DNA of 64,000 nucleotides from NCBI RefSeq assembly GCF_054482595.1, contig NZ_CM137008.1; one strand, 5' to 3'. Shown piece by piece: positions 11,093 to 21,716 of this stretch (position 1 is its first letter; each line of letters starts with the position of its first letter). The notes under the pieces were generated by a model. It saw only the letters and a program-made list of their open reading frames with translations, ran no database searches and was not told where the DNA came from. The position numbers and the translations under genes were made by a program.

Positions 11093-11983
11093 ACTGTTTT
11101 TTCTTTAGTGATGCATTTTTTATCAACCATACAAGCACATTATTTCATTGATACTAATCACATCAGGATGAATGTTTTTTCTCAATAGAAATAAGTGTCT
11201 TTATTCCTTACCAATTTATTCTGGTTATTCCTCTTATCCAGACGTCTCGTGATACTCCCTGTATTTATTATAGAGTATATATATGTACTGCGTTTAAATC
11301 ATGAAGACGACAACCTGTTTTACATAAATTATTCCTAAGTATTTTTCCAGAGAAGACCTAGGTATAATGATGTGCACTGTCTGGTTTTCTTACAACTGAC
11401 TTAGCGATCTGCATATCCGTGATAACGCCTGAATAAATAGGACGAGAGAACTCTTAACCAAATAATCTAACACTTTTAATCGACAGGAATTAAAAACCCG
11501 GGGAGGTTAAAAAAACACAAAAAAATGGATGTTTATTCAACTCTGGTTACGTACCATGAGGACTGCATCCACAATGCACCGGCAATTAAATGGCTTTCAT
11601 TGATTGATTTTTTATATCTGTGATGATTTTTTGCTCCATTCCTCAAAAAATGGACGCAACTTCCCCTCTGCGGCTCTCAGCTGTATACCCGCTGTCGTGC
11701 CAGTGGCTCATGCATCATGACCAGCTCTGCCAGACGGTAGCCCCGCTTCAGCCCCGTAAACCGCATCTGACCTCCGCACAGGATGCACTTCAGCGGGTCA
11801 ACCTTCAGTAACCGCTGATACACCCTTCTCCGCCTGATTTGCATCGCCGTTTTTCTCTCCGTTTCTGTTATGACGTACACAACATTTTCCAGTAACCGGC
11901 GCTTCACCGGACTCAGGAACCCGTTGTCAACGCCACGATGTTTGACCGTTCTGGGGATGCGGACGATTTCCTGGACTGCTTTA

Positions 11984-13135
11984 TCATTCCAGCCCGCATT
12001 GTTGGCGGTACATTTTGGGGCTGACTGCACCCGGCGATAATTTTATACGCCGCTCGTTATACCATCTGATGTAAGTATCCACTTGCTGCATGAACTTTTC
12101 TGGCGTGATGCCCGACCATTTACGCCCATGATACATTTCCGTTTTCAGTCTGCCGAAAAAGCCTTCGCATGCCGCATTATCAGGTGAACATCCTTTGCGG
12201 GACATTGAGCGAATAAGACCTTCTGCATTCACTCTTTCCAGCCAGCCTGACCAGCGATAATGCCCACCTCTGTCACTGTGTATCACCGGTCGTTCGCCAG
12301 CATTTAACGTTTCGACAGCGCTATCCAGCATAGTGTTGACCAGTTCAGCATCGGGGCGTGTACTGAGAGACCAGCTCACAACTTTTCCATCGAAGCAGTC
12401 CACCACCGATGATAGCCAGACTTTACCTGCAGGGAGGTGGAACTCCGTGATATCTGTCAGCCATTTCTGATTAGGTTGCTCCGCCTTAAAATCTCTGGCG
12501 ATAAGGTTATCCGGAGCCGGTCCGATTTCTCCGCAATATGAGCTGTAGCGGCGACGACGGTTACGGCTGACGACAAGCTGTTCTTCCACCATAAGTCTGC
12601 GTACAACCTTTTCTGATAGCCGCCCCCCCTCATGCCTGAGCATCGCATGCAGGCGACGATAGCCATAACACTGGTAATTACTGTTAAATATATCTGTCAG
12701 CATCGTACGTATCGTGGCGTATTTATCACCGGCTTTCAGTGCAGCCCGGTGATAAAAATAACTGCTACGGGCAAGGCCCAGAACATGCAGTAATTCTGTC
12801 AGGGGATATGTTTGTCTCTGGGCATCAGCGATCTTCGTTTTCTCTCTGTTGTTCAGGTGACTGATACTGATGCCCGGGTCTTTTTTTATGATTTCCTCCG
12901 CCTTTTTCAGAATATCCAGCTCCATCTGCCGGCGGCGTATTTCCTGATTCAGTCGGGCGACTTCCTCCCGCAACGCATCGCGTTCTGCCTCCAGGGAAGG
13001 TTCGTTATGTTTACGCATAGTCTGGTAAGCACTGTTGCCGATAATTTTATCTTTCCATTTATACAATACCGCACGACTGACACCAATACGCCTGGCGATT
13101 TCACTGGCTGATACTTGTCGTGTACAGAGTGCCAT
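11984..13135 (-). CDS. IS3-family transposase, OrfA and OrfB fused in one frame
   Basis: 383 aa; OrfA-like HTH/leucine zipper then DDE integrase domain; A7 tract (12881..12887) at the usual frameshift window but reading continues in frame; no start codon for the conserved upstream OrfA-like residues. Confidence 0.7.
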   Translation of the reverse strand: MALCTRQVSASEIARRIGVSRAVLYKWKDKIIGNSAYQTMRKHNEPSLEAERDALREEVARLNQEIRRRQMELDILKKAEEIIKKDPGISISHLNNREKTKIADAQRQTYPLTELLHVLGLARSSYFYHRAALKAGDKYATIRTMLTDIFNSNYQCYGYRRLHAMLRHEGGRLSEKVVRRLMVEEQLVVSRNRRRRYSSYCGEIGPAPDNLIARDFKAEQPNQKWLTDITEFHLPAGKVWLSSVVDCFDGKVVSWSLSTRPDAELVNTMLDSAVETLNAGERPVIHSDRGGHYRWSGWLERVNAEGLIRSMSRKGCSPDNAACEGFFGRLKTEMYHGRKWSGITPEKFMQQVDTYIRWYNERRIKLSPGAVSPKMYRQQCGLE

Positions 13136-13304
13136 GACAGCCTGACGTTTGACTTCTGGTTCAAAGGGCGCAACCGGGTTGGCCTTACTGGTAAATATAC
13201 GTCGTCTGTCGGGATAAAGGTAAGCGTAAACTGACCGCCGTATGTAGCCATCAGACGAGAATTGGTAACTTAGACGCCCATCTGATATAGACGGACATCT
13301 AAGT

Positions 13305-13559
13305 ATGGAATTACAGGACTGGCGAAAAGAACCTCGTAAAAACTATTCGAATGAATTCAAACTTCGTATGGTGGAACTGGCATCACAACCTGGAGCTTGT
13401 GTTGCACAGATTGCACGTGAAAATGGCGTCAATGATAATGTTATTTTCAAATGGCTCAGGCTCTGGCAGAACGAAGGGCGTGTTTCGCGGCGTCTTCCGG
13501 TAACGACCTCTTCTGACACTGGCGTTGAATTATTACGGGTATACGGATTTAATGGTTGA
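13305..13559 (+). pseudogene. IS66 tnpA (Orf1), N-terminal fragment interrupted by ISL3 insertion
   Basis: Reading frame resumes in frame after the insertion (...GVELL | PVEITPDEQ...); the 84-aa ORF runs into ISL3 sequence. Confidence 0.7.
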
Positions 13560-13594
13560 TGGGGCACCTTTACCCCACCAACCTGATACCATTA

Positions 13595-14872
13595 TCAGAT
13601 GGTTGATAGATCGACCCCGTAGTTGAGTTCCTCTGCGAAGTCCGGCAGTCCGTAACCGATGGTTTTCTTGTAGAACGGAGAGACCTTCGCGGTCGGGGCC
13701 TTCTTCTTGTGCTTCGTGGTGTAGAGCATTCGTGCCCGCATCACCTCGAAGGAGTAACCACGTCCTTCACGGTTCTTGTCCTTGGCCAGTCGGTTGATGG
13801 ACTCCGTGTAAGCGTTGGTGACGGGCATGTCCGTCTCGAAGTAGGTCATGATCTCTTCGCGCCAGTTGCCTACAGCCCTGACCAGATCGCTCCAGACTTC
13901 CTTCTGGCCCTTCGGGATGGTGGCTATCCACTCGTCCAGGGCGGCTTCTGCCTGGGGCCGTGTGGTAGCGTCCCAGATGCCGTAGAAACGTTCCTTGTGC
14001 TCGTAGGCGGCCAGCAGTTGTGGGAATGCGCCGGTCCAGGTCTCCATGATGAGGCGTTCCCGGTTTGAGACTTCGTGAGCGCGTTTCAGCAGGATTTTCC
14101 GGTCACCCTTGAGGGTTCGGCTCTGGGAGGGCATCAGCTCCTTCCTGAGGCCCTTGCGCACCTTCTCCAGGGCATCGTTGGCCATGCGCACCACATGGAA
14201 CTTATCGACCACGATGCGGGCCTGTGGCAGCACCGCCTTGACCGCTGCTCGGTAGGGATTCCACATGTCCATGCTGACGATCTTGACCTTCTGCCGGTCT
14301 TTCATCTTCATCAGGTAGTTGGTCACCACGTCCTGACGGCGGGTGGCCAGCAGGTCGAGCAGGGTCCTCTCCTCGATGTTGGTCAGGATGCAGCGGTAGC
14401 GCTTGTTCAGGTACAACTCGTCAATGCCGAGAATGCGGGGCGTCTCGAAGCGGTGCCAGCGCCCCAGGAATTCGGCGCGGGCGTTGAAAATGTCGCGTAC
14501 CGTCTTCTCGTCCAGGCCCGTGGTATCAGCCACGTAGGCGTAGGGGTGATTGAAGGCTTCCTTCTCCACGTACTCATGCAACCGCAGCGTCATGCGGAAG
14601 CCGTCCACCATCTCCGGTAGCTGGGGCCTGAAGGTGGTCTTGCAGGCCCGGCAGGTGTACCGGCGACGAACTACCCAGAGGGTGACCCGCTTGCCGTGGA
14701 TGGGCAGGTCACGATAGGGAACATCACGCTTGCCGAACCGCACGAACTCACCCTGCACGCAGCACCCCTCGCAGGCTACTGGTGTAGGTGCTTCAAGCCG
14801 AAAATGTATGTCTTCATTCTGCTCATCAGAATCCACCAACTGGTAACCAGGAAGGCTTAACGAATTAATCAT
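13595..14872 (-). CDS. ISL3-family transposase
   Basis: 425 aa; N-terminal zinc-finger cysteines, typical ISL3 transposase length. Confidence 0.75.
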   Translation of the reverse strand: MINSLSLPGYQLVDSDEQNEDIHFRLEAPTPVACEGCCVQGEFVRFGKRDVPYRDLPIHGKRVTLWVVRRRYTCRACKTTFRPQLPEMVDGFRMTLRLHEYVEKEAFNHPYAYVADTTGLDEKTVRDIFNARAEFLGRWHRFETPRILGIDELYLNKRYRCILTNIEERTLLDLLATRRQDVVTNYLMKMKDRQKVKIVSMDMWNPYRAAVKAVLPQARIVVDKFHVVRMANDALEKVRKGLRKELMPSQSRTLKGDRKILLKRAHEVSNRERLIMETWTGAFPQLLAAYEHKERFYGIWDATTRPQAEAALDEWIATIPKGQKEVWSDLVRAVGNWREEIMTYFETDMPVTNAYTESINRLAKDKNREGRGYSFEVMRARMLYTTKHKKKAPTAKVSPFYKKTIGYGLPDFAEELNYGVDLSTI

Positions 14873-14884
14873 CTCCCGCCTTGA

Positions 14885-15919
14885 TCAGAAAAACAGGTAG
14901 GTGGCGTAACCGGCAATCATCGCCATAGCAAAAATGACTGCTAAAAACGCCGCTAAAAGCTTCAGCGTGAACAAAGAGCGCAACAGAATGAGCTCAGTCA
15001 GGCTGGCTCCGGCACTGCCGATGATCAACGCAAGCACCGTCCCGGCACCCACGCCTTTGGCCATCAGAGCCGCTGCCAGAGGTATGACGGCTTCAGCGCG
15101 AATATACAACGGCACGCCGATGACAGCGGCAACTGGAATGGCAAAGGGATTATCTGGGCCTGCATACTGCTCCAATAAGTCAGTGGGCATGAAACCATAG
15201 ATCACGCTGCCAATCGCAATAGCGATGAGCAGGTAAGGCAACACATCGATAAAGTCCGACCAAGCTTCCCGCCACACACCATTGTACTTCCCTTCTTTCT
15301 TAACCGTGACAGTGGGTTGACTGTCACAGCATTCGCTAGACGTAGAGACTGTTGTCTTCCTATCAGCCCCGCAAGAAGCCGTCTTCGGAGTGGTGTCGCA
15401 GCTGTTGGTGCCGCAACTCGATGCGGTCGATGTAGCACTGCACGGGCTTGCTGATGAACTACATCCACTGCTCTCTTGTGTCGCCGTCCGGCGCACATAA
15501 CGCTCGAAGCCAAGCGTGTGAAGCAGCCATCCGGCACCTACCGCGACCACCAAAGCGGCGAGCACATAGATAGCAGTAAGTGTCCATCCAAACGTGGCAA
15601 CCAGCAGGCCGACGACGATAGGATTCAGCAACGGAGATGTGAAAAGAAACACCATCATCGGCCCAAAACCGGCCCGTGCCTGAATCAACCCTTTCAACAT
15701 GGGGATAGTCGAGCAACTACAGAAGGGCGTTATAGCTCCTAAACCAGCAGCAAGAAAATAGCCTCGCTTCCCACTGGAAGTCAGTAACGCTTCCACCTTG
15801 GATGGTGGGATGTGACGTTGAAGAACTCCGACCAGCAAGCTAATGCCAATGAATAAAACCGATAGCTCGATAGCGAGAAAGGCGAACATGCCTAGAGCGT
15901 CTTGGAGTTGAGGTGACAT
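14885..15919 (-). CDS. Permease (COG0701/ArsP-like) with Cys-rich cytoplasmic loop
   Basis: 344 aa polytopic membrane protein; TPFCSCS motif and a Cys/Ser/Thr-rich central loop; divergent from an ArsR-type regulator. Confidence 0.6.
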   Translation of the reverse strand: MSPQLQDALGMFAFLAIELSVLFIGISLLVGVLQRHIPPSKVEALLTSSGKRGYFLAAGLGAITPFCSCSTIPMLKGLIQARAGFGPMMVFLFTSPLLNPIVVGLLVATFGWTLTAIYVLAALVVAVGAGWLLHTLGFERYVRRTATQESSGCSSSASPCSATSTASSCGTNSCDTTPKTASCGADRKTTVSTSSECCDSQPTVTVKKEGKYNGVWREAWSDFIDVLPYLLIAIAIGSVIYGFMPTDLLEQYAGPDNPFAIPVAAVIGVPLYIRAEAVIPLAAALMAKGVGAGTVLALIIGSAGASLTELILLRSLFTLKLLAAFLAVIFAMAMIAGYATYLFF

Positions 15920-16018
15920 TCAATATTACTCCTATATTTCTAGTTTTATCGAAATGATGTACGCAGTCTACTTGCGTTTATCCGACCTGTCAACTATAAT
16001 TCTAGAAACATCGAATTA

Positions 16019-16345
16019 TTGGGGCGTGCTATGGATCACGAAAAGGTTGCAGCCAGCTTAGCTGAGCTAGGGAATAGTCACCGACTGTCCGTGTTCCGCT
16101 TTCTGGTCAAAGCTGGCCATGATGGGGCTTCGGTCGGAGATATCCAGAAGGGGCTGGGTATTCCTGCTTCGACGCTATCACATCACCTTGCGCGCATGGC
16201 CAAGGTAGGGCTGATCCGGCAGGAGAAACATAGCCGCACGATTGTCTGTATACCCGAGTATGGGCACCTAGAGAATTTGATCGGTTTCTTACAAGAGGAA
16301 TGTTGTGCAGGTGTCCGGATTGCGCATGAACCAGAACCGCTTTGA
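16019..16345 (+). CDS. ArsR/SmtB-family metalloregulator
   Basis: 108 aa winged-HTH protein with C-terminal CC pair. Confidence 0.65.
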   Translation: MGRAMDHEKVAASLAELGNSHRLSVFRFLVKAGHDGASVGDIQKGLGIPASTLSHHLARMAKVGLIRQEKHSRTIVCIPEYGHLENLIGFLQEECCAGVRIAHEPEPL

Positions 16346-16719
16346 CGCTTGCCCAGCTCTCGCTGTCCTCCCTAGTCAGCATCGCTATGAAGACTCAGGC
16401 GAAGGTGGAAACAGAAAATTGGCAGTAGAGTAGGCTGAAGAGGATCAATCAGATAATCCGCTGAGAAAGATTTTCTTCTTTACATCTTTGACATTTTATC
16501 AACCAGAAATTCCGGATACCCATTATTACCTGTAGAAATAACGCCGGATGAGCAGAAAGAACCTGTGGCGGCCATTGCGCCGTCTTTATCCACTTCCACT
16601 CAGACCAGAGTCAGTGCCAGTTCCTGCAAGGTGGAATTCCGTCACGGTAACATGACGCTGGAAAATCCATCGCCAGAGCTGCTCACGGTGTTGATCCGTG
16701 AACTGACCGGGAGGGGAAG

Positions 16720-17070
16720 ATGATCTCACTCCCATCAGGTACCCGTATCTGGCTCGTTGCCGGCGTTACCGATATGCGTAAATCCTTCAACGGACTGGGA
16801 GAACAGGTACAACATGTGCTGAATGATAATCCCTTCTCCGGTCACCTGTTTATCTTCCGTGGCCGACGGGGTGACACCGTTAAAATTCTTTGGGCTGATG
16901 CTGATGGTCTGTGCCTGTTCACCAAACGCCTGGAGGAAGGCCAGTTTATCTGGCCTGCGGTACGTGACGGCAAGGTATCCATTACCCGCTCGCAACTGGC
17001 AATGCTCCTCGATAAGCTGGACTGGCGTCAGCCAAAAACATTCCGCCTTAACGCACTGACAATGTTGTAA
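16720..17070 (+). CDS. IS66-family TnpB (Orf2)
   Basis: 116 aa; start overlaps tnpA stop (ATGA). Confidence 0.8.
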   Translation: MISLPSGTRIWLVAGVTDMRKSFNGLGEQVQHVLNDNPFSGHLFIFRGRRGDTVKILWADADGLCLFTKRLEEGQFIWPAVRDGKVSITRSQLAMLLDKLDWRQPKTFRLNALTML

Positions 17071-17100
17071 AAAACGCCTGGCCGCATTATAAAAACGGCC

Positions 17101-18486
17101 ATGAGTCAGAAATACCTCATTCGCATTGCAGAACTGGAAAGCCAGCTCCGTCAGAAAGACCAGCAACTGAGTCTGGTTGAAGAGACGGAGGCCTTCCTGC
17201 GCTCTGCACTGGCACGTGCCGAAGAAAAGATCGAAGAAGATGAACGGGAAATAGAACATCTGCGGGCTCAGATAGAAAAACTGCACCGGATGCTGTTCGG
17301 TACCCGTTCTGAAAAACTGCGTCGTGAAGTTGAACTGGCTGAGGCTCTGCTGAAACAACGTGAACAGGACAGCGATCGTTACAGTGGGCGGGAAGACGAT
17401 CCTCAGGTTCCCCGCCAGTTGCGACAGTCGCGCCATCGTCGTCCGTTACCGGCACACCTTCCCCGTGAAATACACCGCCTGGAGCCAGAAGAAAGCTGTT
17501 GCCCGGAGTGTGGCGGTGAGCTGGATTATCTGGGGGAAGTCAGCGCTGAACAGCTGGAACTGGTGAGCAGTGCCCTGAAAGTGATCCGCACAGAACGGGT
17601 AAAAAAAGCCTGTACAAAATGTGACTGTATTGTTGAAGCACCGGCGCCGTCCCGCCCGATAGAGCGTGGTATCGCGGGCCCCGGATTACTTGCCCGCGTG
17701 TTAACGGGAAAATACTGCGAACATCTGCCACTGTATCGTCAGAGTGAAATCTTTGCCCGCCAGGGTGTCGAACTGAGCCGGGCCTTACTCTCCAACTGGG
17801 TTGACGCGTGCTGCCAGTTAATGACACCGGTGAATGATGCCCTGTACCGTTATGTAATGAATACCCGCAAGGTTCACACTGATGACACACCGGTAAAGGT
17901 ACTGGCACCGGGTCAGAAAAAGGCGAAAACAGGGTGTATCTGGACGTATGTCCGGGATGATCGCAATGTGGGTTCGTCATCTCCTCCAGCGGTCTGGTTC
18001 GCGTACTCGCCGAACCGGCAGGGGAAACACCCGGAGCAACACCTTCGCCCCTTCCGGGGTATCCTGCAGGCGGATGCGTTCACAGGTTACGACAGGTTGT
18101 TCAGTGCAGAACGTGAAGGTGGTGCACTGACAGAAGTTGCGTGCTGGGCCCATGCCCGGCGAAAAATCCACGATGTATACATCAGCAGCAAAAGTGCGAC
18201 GGCAGAAGAAGCCCTGAAGCGAATCAGTGAACTGTACGCCATCGAGGATGAAATACGGGGGTTACCAGAGTCAGAGCGTCTTGCAGCCAGGCAGCAGCGA
18301 AGCAAAGCGTTACTGACGTCGCTGCATGAATGGATGGTGGAGAAGAATGGCACGCTGTCGAAAAAATCCAGACTGGGCGAAGCGTTCAGCTATGTACTGA
18401 ATCAGTGGGACGCCCTCTGTTATTACAGTGATGATGGTTTGGCAGAAGCGGACAATAACACAGCTCAAAAAAGATTTCGTTCGTGA
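17101..18486 (+). CDS. IS66-family TnpC (Orf3) transposase, C-terminally truncated
   Basis: 461 aa with coiled-coil N-terminus and CCPECGG zinc motif; shorter than the typical length I recall (~520 aa). Confidence 0.75.
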   Translation: MSQKYLIRIAELESQLRQKDQQLSLVEETEAFLRSALARAEEKIEEDEREIEHLRAQIEKLHRMLFGTRSEKLRREVELAEALLKQREQDSDRYSGREDDPQVPRQLRQSRHRRPLPAHLPREIHRLEPEESCCPECGGELDYLGEVSAEQLELVSSALKVIRTERVKKACTKCDCIVEAPAPSRPIERGIAGPGLLARVLTGKYCEHLPLYRQSEIFARQGVELSRALLSNWVDACCQLMTPVNDALYRYVMNTRKVHTDDTPVKVLAPGQKKAKTGCIWTYVRDDRNVGSSSPPAVWFAYSPNRQGKHPEQHLRPFRGILQADAFTGYDRLFSAEREGGALTEVACWAHARRKIHDVYISSKSATAEEALKRISELYAIEDEIRGLPESERLAARQQRSKALLTSLHEWMVEKNGTLSKKSRLGEAFSYVLNQWDALCYYSDDGLAEADNNTAQKRFRS

Positions 18487-18597
18487 GGTCATGATGCAGT
18501 AAGCTTCATTTCGCGCACAGCCATCCCCCTGAAATCTGGCTGACTGTTATTTCGCAACAGTTATTGAGTAAATCTTTAACCTGTTAACAGAGGGTTT

Positions 18598-19122
18598 ATG
18601 AAACGTAAACTTATTGCCTTTGTGATTCTGGCTACATCATCCTGTGGATATGCAGCCACCAAAGATGTAACAATGAATCTTGTTGATAGTGACGGAAAAG
18701 AGCGAAATATTGGTAAAATAACCATCCAGAAGACACCCTACGGGCTGCTGTTCACCCCTGATCTTCACTCCTTACCCGCCGGCATTCATGGTTTTCATGT
18801 ACATGAAAACGCAAGTTGTGCTCCTGCCCTGAAAGATGGAAAAACTGTCGCTGCTTTATCTGCAGGTGGTCACTTTGACCCGGAAAAAACAGGGAAGCAT
18901 CTCGGTCCATGGTCTCCTGATGGCCACCTAGGTGATCTCCCTGCGCTTTATGTCACTCATGACGGAAAAGCAACCTACCCGGTGCTTGCGCCAAGACTAT
19001 CTGAATTAAAGGAGCTCGATGGCCGTTCGCTAATGCTCCACGCAGGAGGTGATAATCATGATGACCATCCTGAACCTCTAGGTGGCGGTGGTGCAAGAAT
19101 TGCCTGTGGTATCATCCCATAA
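18598..19122 (+). CDS. sodC: Periplasmic Cu/Zn superoxide dismutase, island-borne paralogue
   Basis: 174 aa with signal peptide and Cu/Zn-SOD motifs ([18 protein letters not shown]); differs from the chromosomal SodC sequence as I recall it. Confidence 0.85.
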   Translation: MKRKLIAFVILATSSCGYAATKDVTMNLVDSDGKERNIGKITIQKTPYGLLFTPDLHSLPAGIHGFHVHENASCAPALKDGKTVAALSAGGHFDPEKTGKHLGPWSPDGHLGDLPALYVTHDGKATYPVLAPRLSELKELDGRSLMLHAGGDNHDDHPEPLGGGGARIACGIIP

Positions 19123-19250
19123 TCAATCAGGTAAGGGATATCCTCCCTTACCCTTAATCTTCCCTGGCTGCATGTGCATATCTTTCAGTTACTGTGAGAT
19201 ACCTGTATTACGGTGTCTTTTTAGCTCACAGAAATATCAGACAGCCCGTT

Positions 19251-19475
19251 TCAGTGTTTTATTACCTTAATCTTTTTACGGCATTCTTCAGCTCTTGCGC
19301 ATGCTATTTTTTCACCTGTTTCATAACATTGCTGGCAGCCTAATCCAAATTTCATCGCCATATCATAACCTTCCCGAAAACCTCGGAACCACGCGTTACG
19401 AAGGTATTCATCATATTCCCCGCAGTCAATAATAACCATTTTATTTTCATGGGATTTTCCGGTATTCTCACTCAT
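19251..19475 (-). CDS. Hypothetical small Cys-containing protein
   Basis: ORF track gives 19251..19610; an internal ATG at 19475 has a GAGG ribosome-binding site, giving 74 aa. No recognisable family. Confidence 0.35.
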   Translation of the reverse strand: MSENTGKSHENKMVIIDCGEYDEYLRNAWFRGFREGYDMAMKFGLGCQQCYETGEKIACARAEECRKKIKVIKH

Positions 19476-20412
19476 TTTCGATACCTCAATGCTTACAACA
19501 GAAAAGTATACTTTTACGAAGTTCGCCTTTGCAGGACTATATAAAGTTATCACTGGATGCAAGAGCCGGAAATCCTGTATATCAGGATCAACTTTGTAAT
19601 TCAATAACATATTATCCAGTGAAAAATTAAGTATATTTAAGCTGGGGAAGGAGAAGGGGGACTTGATTTGATAGTTTCATCAATAATATTATTTTACCTC
19701 CTCCATTATTCATTCAGGCCTGGTTCCGGGCGTAATTCCGATTTCTCTGTTGAAGCGATGCATTTATATTTAAATATTCACCTGTCATTGAATTTTATTT
19801 GAAATAGGAGAAAATCTCCTCCTGTACTACAGATAACCCGGAATGTTCCTCGAAAGAAAATTCTGGCGCAGAATTCACGCCCGGTTCTGTTCAACATCAT
19901 GCAGGATAACGATACCGAAACGTTAAACTCTGGCAATTCTCGTGTTATACACAGGCAGGAGTGATTACTACGGTAAGAATTGCTGAAAAGGGGAGAACAC
20001 TGAAGGCCTTATTCGCGAAGAATAAAGGAGACATTTCATGTAAATTATTATCAGAGATAACCTTCTCCAGGCGCTTTTGTTCGCTTCCTGAATTGCTACC
20101 TGATACATATTTACGGGATGCCAGCCTAGCGACTATAACTCCGAAAAGACCGATTATTGTATTGCGTGCATCCGGCATGTTTACAATGTACGCTGGTATC
20201 TAACGGAGTCTGACACAGATGCACGCAGGTGTGTATTTTAACGTAATTATCCGGAAAGAACAGTATATTTTAATGCGGGAGTTGCATGAGCGGTATACGG
20301 GAGAAACTATCAGACCATGGGAGCTACAGAGGTGCTTAAGTCTCGTAACATTATAATCTGCTCACCTGACTGGTGCTATTCTCACCTCAACACCAATGCA
20401 CAAATAGCCTAG

Positions 20413-21107
<695 letters not shown>

Positions 21108-21716
21108 TAATTACACTGTGGGTTGACGCCGGAAGAATCAGAGAACAGATACCGTTCTTACTGTAAAACGTGGCTAATATTAATTGAGCACTGCAGTGTT
21201 CAGAGCACAAAGAAGAAAAAAGATGTGTGCGAATGCCTGTAATGTGTTAAAAGAATGTTCCGCGTTTCCGGTACGCTTTTCGTAACTAACAATGCAGGGT
21301 GACGTAACGCTGGTTGTGCCGGAAACGCGTCCCTCCCCCTATTTTTCCTGTTTGGATTTGCCCCTATATTTCTGGATTATCCGACAAAACCGGCGTGAAG
21401 TATTACTCTCGTCGCCCAGCACCATAAGGATAACGCCCATAAAATCATGAAACTTTTCTTCCAGATTGGATACAATCAGGCCGAAACGGTGATGAATATT
21501 ATCCAAATCTGATGGTTCGTAGCGTTTTCAGCCCCCAGATTCTGAGTTGCCTGTAGGGATGATTTCAATTCCCGATTTGTCTATCACATAGAGAAAAAGA
21601 ATTTCATTTCTGTTCACCAGAACCCATGTAACCCACTCCAATTCGTCATTTATCTCACTGATTGCCCTTCATTTATCTCATTGATGCACCGAAAGGTAAA
21701 ACTGCCATCCGGTGCA

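Larger units (their letters stand above)
13537..16521 (-). mobile_element. ISL3-family element (2985 bp) with two passenger genes
   Basis: Imperfect terminal inverted repeats GGGTATACGGATTTAATGGTTGAT (13537) and reverse complement of ...ATCAACCAGAAATTCCGGATACCC (ends 16521); flanked by 8-bp direct repeat ATTATTAC (13529..13536 and 16522..16529). Confidence 0.8.
13220..18486 (+). mobile_element. IS66-family element, split by a nested ISL3 element and 3'-truncated
   Basis: tnpA N-fragment 13305..13536 and C-fragment 16530..16723, tnpB 16720..17070 (ATGA overlap), tnpC 17101..18486 ending early. Left end approximate (GTAAGCG... near 13220). Confidence 0.6.

Noticed and set aside
12949-13251. 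100-aa ORF overlapping the IS3-family 5' end and IS66 left end
   Set aside because: Spans two different IS termini in a frame that matches neither OrfA; chance open frame.
14075-14620. 181-aa and 119-aa ORFs antisense to the ISL3 transposase
   Set aside because: His/Gly-rich shadow frames opposite a well-supported transposase gene.
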